Below are positions 17,734 to 26,215 of a DNA stretch of 28,636 bases, in pieces. Location: positions 1 to 28,636 of the IMG/VR virus record IMGVR_UViG_3300030376_006606; one strand, given 5' to 3'. Each line of letters opens with the position of its first letter. The first letter of the stretch is position 1. The stretch comes from a virus. Lineage: Duplodnaviria; Caudoviricetes. The notes below the pieces were generated by a model. It did no database searches. It saw only the letters and a program-made list of their open reading frames with translations, and had not been told where the DNA came from. The translations under genes and the position numbers were made by a program.

Positions 17734-18789
17734 CTATTCCCAGTTACTCAGACCTTCCATATACAGGTCTCTGATTATTTGTTTGATTTCAGACTTATCT
17801 TTAATTTCTTCGTCAGAATCTATTTCATTATTGATTATTGTAAGCGTATCTTTTGCCATGTCAATATCAGATTCTTCTATTGTAAATTCTGTCATATCTT
17901 CTACGACAGTTACATCGACCACCTTGTGCTTATAGAGAGTATCTAAAAAGGCATCAAATAGCTTTCGCTTGGTTTTGTTCTTGATTATAACTTTAACATA
18001 ACAATCTTTGTATTGCTTAAAATCAAGGTTAACCAAAAGCTCTGGGTTCTCATCATCATACTTTATAGTGTAAAACTTTTTACGTTTATTTTCTACGAAC
18101 TCAAGTTCCCTTGTCGTTGTATCTAATACATGAAAACCTTTTTTGTCATGTAAGTCACTAAAGGTTATTTGATATTGAGTTCCTAAGTAATGCACATTTT
18201 TCTTTGTGCTCTTACTATGAAAGTGACCAGATAATACCATCTCAAATCGTTGCAACAACTCATCTGACATACCATGCTTAAACTTGACTCCTCGCATGAC
18301 TTCATAGCCGTTCAATTCAAAGTGACCACCAATGATCGGACAGCTACAGGTTTTTAGAAACTCTGTACATTCTTCCTGCATCTCAGGAGACATCCATGGA
18401 ACAAGACCTATACACAGACCATCAAACTCAACCGAGGTTGGTTTTTCATACAGATGGAAGTATTCGTTCTTTCCACTGAACAACTCTTTGAGAGAATTTA
18501 CTTCGTTTGTATTCTTGTAAAAGGTATCGTGATTACCAACAATACAATGCATATGCAATTTATTAGATTCTAAATTCTCAAAGAATCTTTTTCTCACCTC
18601 ACAAAGAGTATTGAAGTTGACATACTTTCGACGATCCATAAGATCACCAAGATGCAGTACTTGATCTATACCTTGTTCTTTACAATAGGGAAAGAATTGA
18701 TTCTCAAAAAAATCTAGAAAGTGATCTAGAAATATAGAAGAGTCATTTCTTGCCCCAAAGTGGGTATCATTTAAAATTGCAATCTTCAT
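17734..18789 (-). CDS. gp47: recombination nuclease gp47 (Mre11/SbcD-like)
   Basis: Metallophosphoesterase motifs DTHFG, HLGDLMD, GNHD and SGHFH. Confidence 0.97.
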   Translation of the reverse strand: MKIAILNDTHFGARNDSSIFLDHFLDFFENQFFPYCKEQGIDQVLHLGDLMDRRKYVNFNTLCEVRKRFFENLESNKLHMHCIVGNHDTFYKNTNEVNSLKELFSGKNEYFHLYEKPTSVEFDGLCIGLVPWMSPEMQEECTEFLKTCSCPIIGGHFELNGYEVMRGVKFKHGMSDELLQRFEMVLSGHFHSKSTKKNVHYLGTQYQITFSDLHDKKGFHVLDTTTRELEFVENKRKKFYTIKYDDENPELLVNLDFKQYKDCYVKVIIKNKTKRKLFDAFLDTLYKHKVVDVTVVEDMTEFTIEESDIDMAKDTLTIINNEIDSDEEIKDKSEIKQIIRDLYMEGLSNWE

Positions 18790-19313
18790 TCAAATGGTCC
18801 TGTAGATCCTTTCTTGGATTTACTTTTTGGAGTCATTCTTTTTACGTCTTCTTCTGACAAGTTAAAGTGCTCTCGCATTGCAGTTTTTACGTTGTCTTTC
18901 TCGAAGTAGTTTTCCTTAAACCAAGTACCCATACTACCATCGTCATTTATTTCAGCTAACTTAAACTTTATATAGTTCTGCTTTTTTTCTTTTTCTATAC
19001 GTCTAAGAAATGCATAGTATATAATCTGAGTAAAATATGAAAATGGATTCTTTGATTTTTCTGGATCAAAGTTGTGTGCATACATTAAACAGTTTTCAAT
19101 TGAATCGTTTATCATTTCATCCTTGTATGGATAATTTGTAAAGTTTGGTTTTGTAGCAAGATGTTCTGCTATCTTTATGAAACATGTTCCAATGTAATTT
19201 GATATAGGTGGTTTATCATCACCCTGATCTTCGGCTTCTTTTAGTTCCTTTTTCCACACACACATTGCTTCAAAGAACTCTTTATTGTCAATATAATGGT
19301 TTTTCTTTTTCAT
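18786..19313 (-). CDS. gp55: late transcription sigma factor gp55
   Basis: HYIDNKEF and KIAEHLATKPNFTNYPYKDEMINDSIENCL.Y.HNFDPEKSKNPFSYFTQIIYYAFLRRI.KEKKQ. Confidence 0.97.
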   Translation of the reverse strand: MKKKNHYIDNKEFFEAMCVWKKELKEAEDQGDDKPPISNYIGTCFIKIAEHLATKPNFTNYPYKDEMINDSIENCLMYAHNFDPEKSKNPFSYFTQIIYYAFLRRIEKEKKQNYIKFKLAEINDDGSMGTWFKENYFEKDNVKTAMREHFNLSEEDVKRMTPKSKSKKGSTGPFE

Positions 19314-19319
19314 ATCACA

Positions 19320-19347
19320 AGTATACCCTCAAAAAGTTTATTGTCAA
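19320..19347 (-). promoter_or_regulatory. sigma70-type promoter of gp55-gp47-gp46
   Basis: TTGACA(19347-19342)-N16-TATACT(19325-19320). ATG is 6 nt downstream. Confidence 0.75.
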
Positions 19348-19354
19348 TTTTTTC

Positions 19355-19382
19355 TTGACAACTTTGAAATCCCCCTTATAAT
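19355..19382 (+). promoter_or_regulatory. perfect-consensus sigma70 promoter, antisense to all genes
   Basis: TTGACA(19355-19360)-N16-TATAAT(19377-19382). Confidence 0.7.
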
Positions 19383-19418
19383 CCCCTGTGTAGGGGGGAA
19401 AGGGATAAACTAAGTAAC

Positions 19419-20108
19419 TTAATTATAGTCATCATTGAATGGATTTGGATCCCAATCAGTCCATCGATTACCGTACTCGGGGCTGGTTTTGTCATCACCG
19501 GTGTAAAGATCATCATTTGTTTCCCCATAAATACCACCATCAACATCATCACCAATAAAATCTAGAAGCTCATCTTCTAGATCATCAAATATACCAGACT
19601 CCATCATTTCTTTTATGGCATCTGGTGGTAACATCATATGCATAAACACATATTGATCATTTTTATCTGTGTTGGATGTATCTTTCATCATCTCATCCAA
19701 CATGCTGTATAAATCAGTTTGATTTTTATCTGGGGGTTTAATTTCAGGTGGTTTTGCATTGGGACCCCAAACATTTGGCCACTGATTATCTTGTGATTTT
19801 TTGTTTTGTTTTAGAAAATGATCAGATCTTCTGGTTTGTTCCATGTCATATAGATGGGCAACTTCCTTTGATGGGGTTAACCAGTTCATTATAAAATTTT
19901 CAGAAATCTTAGTTACCTTTGAATTTGTGTTTGCTAACCAATCCCCAAGGAAAGTAACTTCTTTTGTTGTACCAAACATGTCAGCTTTATGACTAGTTCT
20001 AAAAATCATAGGATTTTCTAGAACAATTTTACCATTATCTTTACCAGTTATTTTTGCTATTATTTCTTCGCCACTACTGAGTTTTAAAATTCGGTATGAA
20101 GATTTCAT
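19419..20108 (-). CDS. conserved hypothetical between uvsW and gp55 (Sm-like N-terminus, acidic tail)
   Basis: ILKLSSGEEIIAKI...LENPM N-terminus. Syntenic position typical of marine T4-like phages. AGGAG SD present. Confidence 0.75.
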   Translation of the reverse strand: MKSSYRILKLSSGEEIIAKITGKDNGKIVLENPMIFRTSHKADMFGTTKEVTFLGDWLANTNSKVTKISENFIMNWLTPSKEVAHLYDMEQTRRSDHFLKQNKKSQDNQWPNVWGPNAKPPEIKPPDKNQTDLYSMLDEMMKDTSNTDKNDQYVFMHMMLPPDAIKEMMESGIFDDLEDELLDFIGDDVDGGIYGETNDDLYTGDDKTSPEYGNRWTDWDPNPFNDDYN

Positions 20109-20117
20109 ATACTCTCC

Positions 20118-21584
20118 TTATAATTTTATGGGGATCAGCTTATAACTAAATGACTCATTAGTATATATTTTAATTCTTTCACCTAGATGTCGCAGGGTGT
20201 GGTTTTTGTACTTTTTATGAGATAAATTATCAGCAATATCATACAATTTTACTGTGCTTTTTCTATCAGACTTTCTAAGACCTCTACCAATGGATTGCAA
20301 CACCCGCACTACAGATTTAGAAGGCGAAGTAAATATAAGATTGTTAATATTACGAATATTAATGCCAGTAGAGCAGGTTCCATAGGAAGCCACCAAAATA
20401 GCTTCTTGCTCACTGTCCACAATCTGTCTAATATTTTCTCTCTGCTCGACATCTGTTCCTCCGTGAATAAAAAATACTTTTCTGTCTGGACAGACTTTCT
20501 GTATCAGTTCATATAATGGTTTACCGTGCAATTCGACATAGTTAAATAACAGTAGTGTATTACCACTAATGTTTTTACACAATGTGGATATGAACTTATT
20601 TCTTTTTTCATTCGAAATTAACCACTTAATTTCATCGATATACGGTGCTCTTTTTATTTCTGCTATTTCTGCATCACTATACTGTAATACTAGGCAATCT
20701 ATGTCCAGTTTAGATAGTATTTCTGTATCGATAAGTTTTTTTGTTGTTGTTACGTTATGTACTCTACCAAACAACCCCTCAATAACTAACTTATGTACTT
20801 GTGTACCATCAAGTGTTCCAGTTGTACCTATTCGTATTTCTGCATTGGACAATTTGCTCATCAGTGATGTTAGTGATTTTGCTTTGAACAAGTGACACTC
20901 ATCTCCAAATACTACAGAGTATGATTCAAAATATTCTGGTGGTAATTTGTATATGCTTTGCCATGTTGATATGACAACCGGTTTTTCTGTTAACTTATCC
21001 TGACCTGAAAATATCACATGGCAGTGCTTAGAAACATCCCAACCATCACCTGAGTATGATTTGAAGTCATTGTACATCTGTGATACTAGTCCGGTTGTTG
21101 GAACAACAATAAGAATCTTTTGATTCTCTTTTAGCTGCTCCAAGTAAAAGCGTAGGAGAATGTATATTATAAGTGACTTACCACTTCCTGTGGGAGAAAG
21201 TAAAAGGCATCTTTGTTTGTTTACTACGTGATTTATTGCCGAAAGTTGGTAGTCATGCGGAACTATACCATTTAAATCTAGGGACGATATAAATTCATTA
21301 ACATCAATCTCGGATTCTTCGTGTAAGTCAAAATTAACTTCCAGAGTTAAATTTCTATCTTCTGCAAATTTCTTAAGGTAATCATATAGTCCTATGTACA
21401 ATCTTCTAGAGTAAAGATTGAATAGTCGTATCATACCATCCCATTTTTTGTTTTTATATGCAGGAGTAAATTGGTGATTTGGTACCGCAAAGGTGAAAAA
21501 CATGTTCAATTCTTTTGCGATAGAATCATCACAATCTATCTTCATATTAACAGCATCAATTTTTTCTAGAACCAAATCACTCAT
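20118..21584 (-). CDS. uvsW: UvsW SF2 helicase
   Basis: WDGMIRLF, SPTGSGKS, GDECH, GTTGT and QSIGRGLR. Start reassigned to ATG 21584 (MSDLVLEK). Confidence 0.97.
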   Translation of the reverse strand: MSDLVLEKIDAVNMKIDCDDSIAKELNMFFTFAVPNHQFTPAYKNKKWDGMIRLFNLYSRRLYIGLYDYLKKFAEDRNLTLEVNFDLHEESEIDVNEFISSLDLNGIVPHDYQLSAINHVVNKQRCLLLSPTGSGKSLIIYILLRFYLEQLKENQKILIVVPTTGLVSQMYNDFKSYSGDGWDVSKHCHVIFSGQDKLTEKPVVISTWQSIYKLPPEYFESYSVVFGDECHLFKAKSLTSLMSKLSNAEIRIGTTGTLDGTQVHKLVIEGLFGRVHNVTTTKKLIDTEILSKLDIDCLVLQYSDAEIAEIKRAPYIDEIKWLISNEKRNKFISTLCKNISGNTLLLFNYVELHGKPLYELIQKVCPDRKVFFIHGGTDVEQRENIRQIVDSEQEAILVASYGTCSTGINIRNINNLIFTSPSKSVVRVLQSIGRGLRKSDRKSTVKLYDIADNLSHKKYKNHTLRHLGERIKIYTNESFSYKLIPIKL

Positions 21585-21589
21585 ATAAG

Positions 21590-21597
21590 TATTTATG
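21590..21597 (-). promoter_or_regulatory. T4-type late promoter (cATAAATA) for uvsW
   Basis: CATAAATA-CTTAT-ATG in the uvsY-uvsW gap. Confidence 0.7.
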
Positions 21598-21601
21598 AAT
21601 G

Positions 21602-22036
21602 TTATGCCCCTTGGGTAAATTTGATCCAGTCGAGAGCAGCACGAATGTTCCACTGTCTATTTGATATTACCTTGACAACACTTTCTAAATAGTTTACTGC
21701 TTCTTCTTGGAGTGTTATCTTTGCACTAAGACGTATAATGTCATCGTCCGCATCGATGAATCGATCCACGTCAGTTTTTAGTATGTTCAAATCAAAAGGT
21801 TCCCATCCATAAAATCTCAGTTGTTCTTCTGACATTTTTCCGGTGTAGTATAACCATTTGTTTTTTCTTTTAATTTTCTTTTCGGATGTAAGCTGTTCTA
21901 GCTTCAGCTTTTCTTGACTATGTAAAATGAGATATTTGTTATGCAGTTGCGGAGTTTTTAGTGATTCTGTATCCAGTTCAGTTTTGTCAATATTTAAGTC
22001 ACTCTGTACCATTTCATACAAATCATTCAGATTCAT
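21602..22036 (-). CDS. uvsY: UvsY recombination mediator
   Basis: DLNIDKTELDTESLKTPQLHNKYL, WLYYTGK and RQWNIRAALDW.KF..G. Confidence 0.95.
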   Translation of the reverse strand: MNLNDLYEMVQSDLNIDKTELDTESLKTPQLHNKYLILHSQEKLKLEQLTSEKKIKRKNKWLYYTGKMSEEQLRFYGWEPFDLNILKTDVDRFIDADDDIIRLSAKITLQEEAVNYLESVVKVISNRQWNIRAALDWIKFTQGA

Positions 22037-22044
22037 TTAGACTC

Positions 22045-22569
22045 CTAAGAAATTTCATAAACTCTAAAACCAAACGTAGCTGTTGCGATTATTGGTTCTG
22101 TATCAACAGATACCGAAGAAAACTGTATACCACTAAGTCCAAGAGGAAACATATCCTTTATTGTTATTGTTCTAACTGGATTTTCTTCGTTGTATGATCC
22201 AGATAAAACCAGTAGTTGGGCATCACAAAAAATTCCCCCACCCGGAACAGAACTATTTTCGTATGGAAATCTAGTAGACTTACTAATACCTTGATCAAAA
22301 TTAGAAACACCCAATAACCAATTATATATCTCTGTCCAGTTTTCCATCTTCTCATCGACAAGAAATGATACAGATAAGTTTTCATATGAGTATCTTCCAA
22401 CAGGTGTCTTAAGAGGGAGTCCCATTTGCGCTACTGGCACATCTACGGACTGAACAGTCAATGATGGTAGATTAACAGATTGACAGAAATATTCAATAGT
22501 TGGTGTTCTGGAAATTATCAACCGAAAGAAATTTGTGGCTAAGTAGTTGTTTGTTTCTGGTTGTGTCAT
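22045..22569 (-). CDS. gp3: tail completion/tail tube terminator gp3-like
   Basis: NYLATNFF, EYFCQSVNLP, YENLSVSFLVDEKMENW.EIYNWL, FPLGLSGIQF and ATATF. Follows gp23. Start reassigned to ATG 22569. Confidence 0.85.
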   Translation of the reverse strand: MTQPETNNYLATNFFRLIISRTPTIEYFCQSVNLPSLTVQSVDVPVAQMGLPLKTPVGRYSYENLSVSFLVDEKMENWTEIYNWLLGVSNFDQGISKSTRFPYENSSVPGGGIFCDAQLLVLSGSYNEENPVRTITIKDMFPLGLSGIQFSSVSVDTEPIIATATFGFRVYEIS

Positions 22570-22574
22570 ATTAG

Positions 22575-22582
22575 TATTTATA
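22575..22582 (-). promoter_or_regulatory. T4 late promoter TATAAATA for gp3
   Basis: Exact consensus, 5 nt before the ATG, overlapping the terminator U-tract. Confidence 0.85.
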
Positions 22583-22610
22583 AAAAACAACGAGGGTCCG
22601 AAGACCCTCG
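22582..22610 (-). terminator. Rho-independent terminator after gp23
   Basis: CGAGGGTC-TTCG-GACCCTCG: perfect 8-bp stem with a C(UUCG)G tetraloop, followed by TTGTTTTTT. Confidence 0.92.
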
Positions 22611-22643
22611 CTGCTTATTTTGATTCTAACTAACCAGAAGCTA

Positions 22644-24125
22644 TTAGGAGCTAAGGAGGTTAGCGTTGTTACCGTGAAGGTTGGTAACGGCGAACAGACG
22701 GTAGTAGTAGTTACCACCGGCTGATGCGTTGAAGACATTACCAGAACCGTCTTCACGAGCGAATGGGTTGTTAACCATTCCGTATCGAGTCTTGAACCCG
22801 ATGCGAGGCTGGAAGGTGTCCTGACCAACCGCACGTACCATCTGGAGGGGTACGTAGGGGCAGTAGAACATACCAGCGTCGTAGGGGCTGACACCCTTGT
22901 AGCCAACGGTAACGAAGTCGGTACCAGTTGTGCTGGAGTAGGGATCAATGTAGACTCTCATCTTACCGTTGAGAACACCAGCGAAGGTGTTACCAGTGTC
23001 ATCAACGTCGAGGGCGACGTTAAGGGCAGGTGAGATGTTAAGGAAGCCACCCATTGCGAGAGCACTTGCAACATCCGACGAGCAGATGATGAAGTTACCC
23101 TTACCACGGCGAGTCTCCTTGGCGATGATGTTAGCTTCACGCTCAATCTGGAACATGAGTCCACGGAAGCGTTCTGCGCTCCAACGACCGTCAGAGTCAG
23201 TGTTGAGGTCGTAGACACCACCAACGTTAGAAGCCTTACCAAACGAGGCAAGATCTTGCTGTTGACCACCAAGCTGTGCGTTGTAGTAGATAGTACGAAC
23301 GAGTTCGCGGTTGATTTCAGAGAGGATCTCGGTGCTAAGAATGTTAGCGAGTTCAGTCTCTGCATCAAGTCCGTGAACAGCCTTGAGGTCTTGAGCAAGC
23401 TCGGTGCTGTACTCAGCCTTGAGGGCGCGACTTCTAGCTTCAACGGCAATGCGGTCGATGTTGAATGCCATCTGGTTGAAAGCAGAACCGGACTCACCGA
23501 GGGACTCGGCAGTACCAGTAAGCATTCCACGGAATGCTTCCTCGAAGGGCGAAACACCACCAGCATTACCACGGGGGTCTGCTGAGTAAGTCTGCCCTGC
23601 ACCAGCGGTAACACCAGTTGGGTTTACACCACCAGTTGCACTGAATGCAGCAGCACCGCTATCGGGGCTGAGAGGACCAGTGTTACCACCGAACTTGAGG
23701 AATGCTTCCTGATAGAGAGCTTCAGGTGCGGTAGCCGATGAACCAGAACCAGCAGCTTCCTGAGCACCGTAACGAGCACGCATCGCGAAGATGAGTCCAG
23801 TGGGTGCGCTCATGGGCTGAACACCAGCGATGTCGTAAGCCATTAGGTTTGGCATAGCACGACGGACGAGGCTGATGAGGACGGGATCGTAACCAGCGAG
23901 GTTACCTGCGACACCAGTCTGAGGATCAGAGAAGTTACCACCCATTGCGTTGGTGGGTTGCTCTGCAAGGAACTGCTCGCGAAGAGCCTTTTCTTGGTTC
24001 TCTAGAAGGACAGAAGTGACCTTCTTCTTATACGAATCTTCGATTCTTGGTAATGCTTCGTGCTCTAGTAGGGGATCCCACTTTTCGCAAAGAGCATCAT
24101 ATGGGGTTGTGTTATCAAAATCCAT
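22644..24125 (-). CDS. gp23: major capsid protein gp23
   Basis: KWDPLLEH, LLENQE, DPVLISLVRRAMPNL, GVQPMSAPTGLIFAMR, SRALKAEYS.ELAQDLKAVHGLDAE.EL.NIL, FYCPYVPLQM and GFKTRYG. Confidence 0.99.
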   Translation of the reverse strand: MDFDNTTPYDALCEKWDPLLEHEALPRIEDSYKKKVTSVLLENQEKALREQFLAEQPTNAMGGNFSDPQTGVAGNLAGYDPVLISLVRRAMPNLMAYDIAGVQPMSAPTGLIFAMRARYGAQEAAGSGSSATAPEALYQEAFLKFGGNTGPLSPDSGAAAFSATGGVNPTGVTAGAGQTYSADPRGNAGGVSPFEEAFRGMLTGTAESLGESGSAFNQMAFNIDRIAVEARSRALKAEYSTELAQDLKAVHGLDAETELANILSTEILSEINRELVRTIYYNAQLGGQQQDLASFGKASNVGGVYDLNTDSDGRWSAERFRGLMFQIEREANIIAKETRRGKGNFIICSSDVASALAMGGFLNISPALNVALDVDDTGNTFAGVLNGKMRVYIDPYSSTTGTDFVTVGYKGVSPYDAGMFYCPYVPLQMVRAVGQDTFQPRIGFKTRYGMVNNPFAREDGSGNVFNASAGGNYYYRLFAVTNLHGNNANLLSS

Positions 24126-24144
24126 TTGAATTTCTCCTTAAGGT

Positions 24145-25131
24145 TTATTTGTTTCTCATTTGGAAAGCAATGGCATCAACATAGTTGTCCATAACATTGC
24201 TACCACTTGAAATCTTTTGATTAGTAGTTTCTTCGACTAATTCTACGGGTTCATAAGGAGGGACGTTATTGTTAAAGTACCCTTCCTTAATGTTCTGTAG
24301 TTTCTGACTGTAGACATTAGCATTATCATATGCTACGTTTTCAGCTAAGTTTGCAAACTTTTCAATCTCAGTGTCAGCTAAATCTTGGGTATAGTGAGCA
24401 AAAATTTGCTCTCTTTCAGCCTTATCTAAGAAAGAATTAAGTTGAATGTTGGTGTTGATTTGTGAATTAAGACTTTCTTGAAGTTGCTCATTTACCTCGA
24501 ATAGATCATCGAGAATGTCGTAACGTTCATTTGGAATATCAACATAATGTGCTTCAAATAGTCCCTTGAGTCCCTTGATAAAGGATTCAGCGACATCGGT
24601 CTTAATTCCTCGCTCAACAGCAACTTCATTTTCAGTCATCCACTCAGTAACAACGTAGTTTAGGTACTCATCAACCTTTTCTGCAAGGTTAACAACCACA
24701 TTATCAAGTTGTTCTGTTAATGTTTGTGTGTATGATTCATCAACCATACCAGCATACTCATTGATTTTGCTGTTAACAGCAGCTTCAAAGATATCTGCTG
24801 CTTTAACAACAAACTCCTCTGAGAGATCTTCACCGTCAAACATTGCACTAACGTGCTCTGCAACTTCTTCTGCTCCCATTTGGGGAACGTAAACGGTTGC
24901 GGGATTGTATGCGAGTGATTTTGCAGCAATACTTGCCTGGTTCATCATTGCGATGTTATCAGGAATAGTTTCGGTACCTGCATCCTGTTCACCTCTACCA
25001 CTGGCATCGTAAGAGCCTCTACCACTGGCATCGTAATCTGCACTTCCCATGGGAGCTGCGCCTCCCATATCCATAGCGGCAGCTTCTTCGCCGCCCATTT
25101 CTTCTTCTTCGTAATTAGTCTGTTTTGGCAT
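24145..25131 (-). CDS. gp22: prohead core scaffold protein gp22
   Basis: LSEEF..KA..IFEAAV and KVDEYLNYVV.EWM.ENEVAVERGIK....ESFI.GLK.LFE.HY. Between gp21 and gp23. Confidence 0.95.
   Translation of the reverse strand: MPKQTNYEEEEMGGEEAAAMDMGGAAPMGSADYDASGRGSYDASGRGEQDAGTETIPDNIAMMNQASIAAKSLAYNPATVYVPQMGAEEVAEHVSAMFDGEDLSEEFVVKAADIFEAAVNSKINEYAGMVDESYTQTLTEQLDNVVVNLAEKVDEYLNYVVTEWMTENEVAVERGIKTDVAESFIKGLKGLFEAHYVDIPNERYDILDDLFEVNEQLQESLNSQINTNIQLNSFLDKAEREQIFAHYTQDLADTEIEKFANLAENVAYDNANVYSQKLQNIKEGYFNNNVPPYEPVELVEETTNQKISSGSNVMDNYVDAIAFQMRNK
24992..25036. repeat. in-frame 21-bp direct repeat (24-bp period) in gp22
   Basis: cctctaccactggcatcgtaa at 24992-25012 and 25016-25036, encoding YDASGRG twice. 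Confidence 0.9.
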
Positions 25132-25160
25132 TAGAAAGCTCCTTTTAGCCTATTCTTGTT

Positions 25161-25175
25161 ATGTATGTATTTACA
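25161..25175 (-). promoter_or_regulatory. candidate variant late promoter upstream of gp22
   Basis: TGTAAATACATACAT overlaps the gp21 stop; one mismatch to TATAAATA. AGGAG SD at 25139-25143. Confidence 0.4.
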
Positions 25176-25815
25176 ACTTTGAGATGAAGTTTTTAAACGC
25201 ATTGAGCTTCTTTTCTTCTAGATTGACTCTCGATGCTTCTTTTATTTGCTTTTCGTAAGCAGCAATTTGTTGTTCTCTTAGTACGCCATTATCCCAAACC
25301 CATTCTCTACCTTCCATGATACCATTAACAAAGGCATCAGGAGCAGATGGATCTGCTACAATGTCTACAGCAGAAAGAATAAAATCATTTTGAACTTCGT
25401 TTATTCCCCCGCGTGACTTCTTAAGGGAACCCATTCCACGAGATGACACACCTAGCTTTGCTCCCTCGTTGATAAGATTCTTCACAATCTTACCCATGGG
25501 AGTATCTAAAACTTTTGCTTTTCCGATAAAGTTATTTCTATCACAATGTAGCTCTTTGATAATGTGTGATACTTTATCTAAGTTCACTGTTGGTCCGGAT
25601 GGGTGGTTTAGTTCACCTAACGCTCGATTTTCGTTCACATAATCATTAATATAATTATTAACCGCAGGTGTAATGAACTGTTTTGGATAAATCCTACCAT
25701 TGCGATTTTTCTGTTCAGCTTGCATGAACACGCCTTCAATATAGTAGTTTTTATCGTCTCCGTGACCTTCTACTAGACACTCGACATCTTCAATCATTTC
25801 TGTGATAAGTTTCAT
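25171..25815 (-). CDS. gp21: prohead protease gp21
   Basis: MKLITE, IEGVFMQAEQKNRNGRIYP, RALGELNHP, GVSSRGMGSL and DIVADPSAPDAFV.GIME. Confidence 0.98.
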   Translation of the reverse strand: MKLITEMIEDVECLVEGHGDDKNYYIEGVFMQAEQKNRNGRIYPKQFITPAVNNYINDYVNENRALGELNHPSGPTVNLDKVSHIIKELHCDRNNFIGKAKVLDTPMGKIVKNLINEGAKLGVSSRGMGSLKKSRGGINEVQNDFILSAVDIVADPSAPDAFVNGIMEGREWVWDNGVLREQQIAAYEKQIKEASRVNLEEKKLNAFKNFISKL

Positions 25816-25826
25816 CTGTATTCTCC

Positions 25827-26204
25827 TTAATGATCGTGGTGTGCTTCAGAAATCAAAACATTTAAATCATCAATAGAAACAGCTTCTTCAATTCCATGGT
25901 TAAATTCAACGTCGTACCATGCAATATTTCCGTTATCATCCGGGGTGGCATGATGTCCATGAATTGGTGTACCTTGTCCCCATTGAGCATGTTCAACGTG
26001 AGTAGCACAATCATGCTTGCCCTTTTTCTTACCCTTTTTCTTGCCCTTTTTGTATTCCTCTCCAAACATCGAAGGTGAGATATCCTTATACTCAGACTTC
26101 AATGCATCTGATAGAATATCATTGAGGTATCCTTCAGTTTCTTGTTTTGCATCGATAAGATTTTCATCAATGAGGTGCTTTATAATGCTTATGCTTCTAG
26201 ACAT
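25827..26204 (-). CDS. prohead-region protein (gp67-like N-terminus, Lys-rich linker, His-rich C-domain)
   Basis: ATG 26204 with AGAAAGG upstream. Located between gp20 and gp21, where T4 has gp67/gp68. Confidence 0.65.
   Translation of the reverse strand: MSRSISIIKHLIDENLIDAKQETEGYLNDILSDALKSEYKDISPSMFGEEYKKGKKKGKKKGKHDCATHVEHAQWGQGTPIHGHHATPDDNGNIAWYDVEFNHGIEEAVSIDDLNVLISEAHHDH
26016..26051. repeat. 3 x 12-bp tandem repeat encoding KKGK
   Basis: cttgcccttttt / cttacccttttt / cttgcccttttt. Confidence 0.85.
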
Positions 26205-26215
26205 GTTTTGCCTTT

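Noticed and set aside
21585-21653. ORF-track N-terminal extension of uvsW (similarly gp3 to 22590, GS to 14986, MTase to 13878)
   Set aside because: The extensions overlap upstream genes or promoters. Family homology and promoter/SD positions favour the downstream ATGs.
22571-23614. Alternative-frame minus-strand ORFs of 218 aa and 125 aa inside gp23
   Set aside because: Ser/Thr/Leu-rich with no motifs or SD. Explained by the biased, GC-richer codon usage of gp23 suppressing off-frame stops.
24992-25036. Possible mini-CRISPR or att site
   Set aside because: Only two copies 3 nt apart, in frame within gp22. No spacers, cas genes or integrase.
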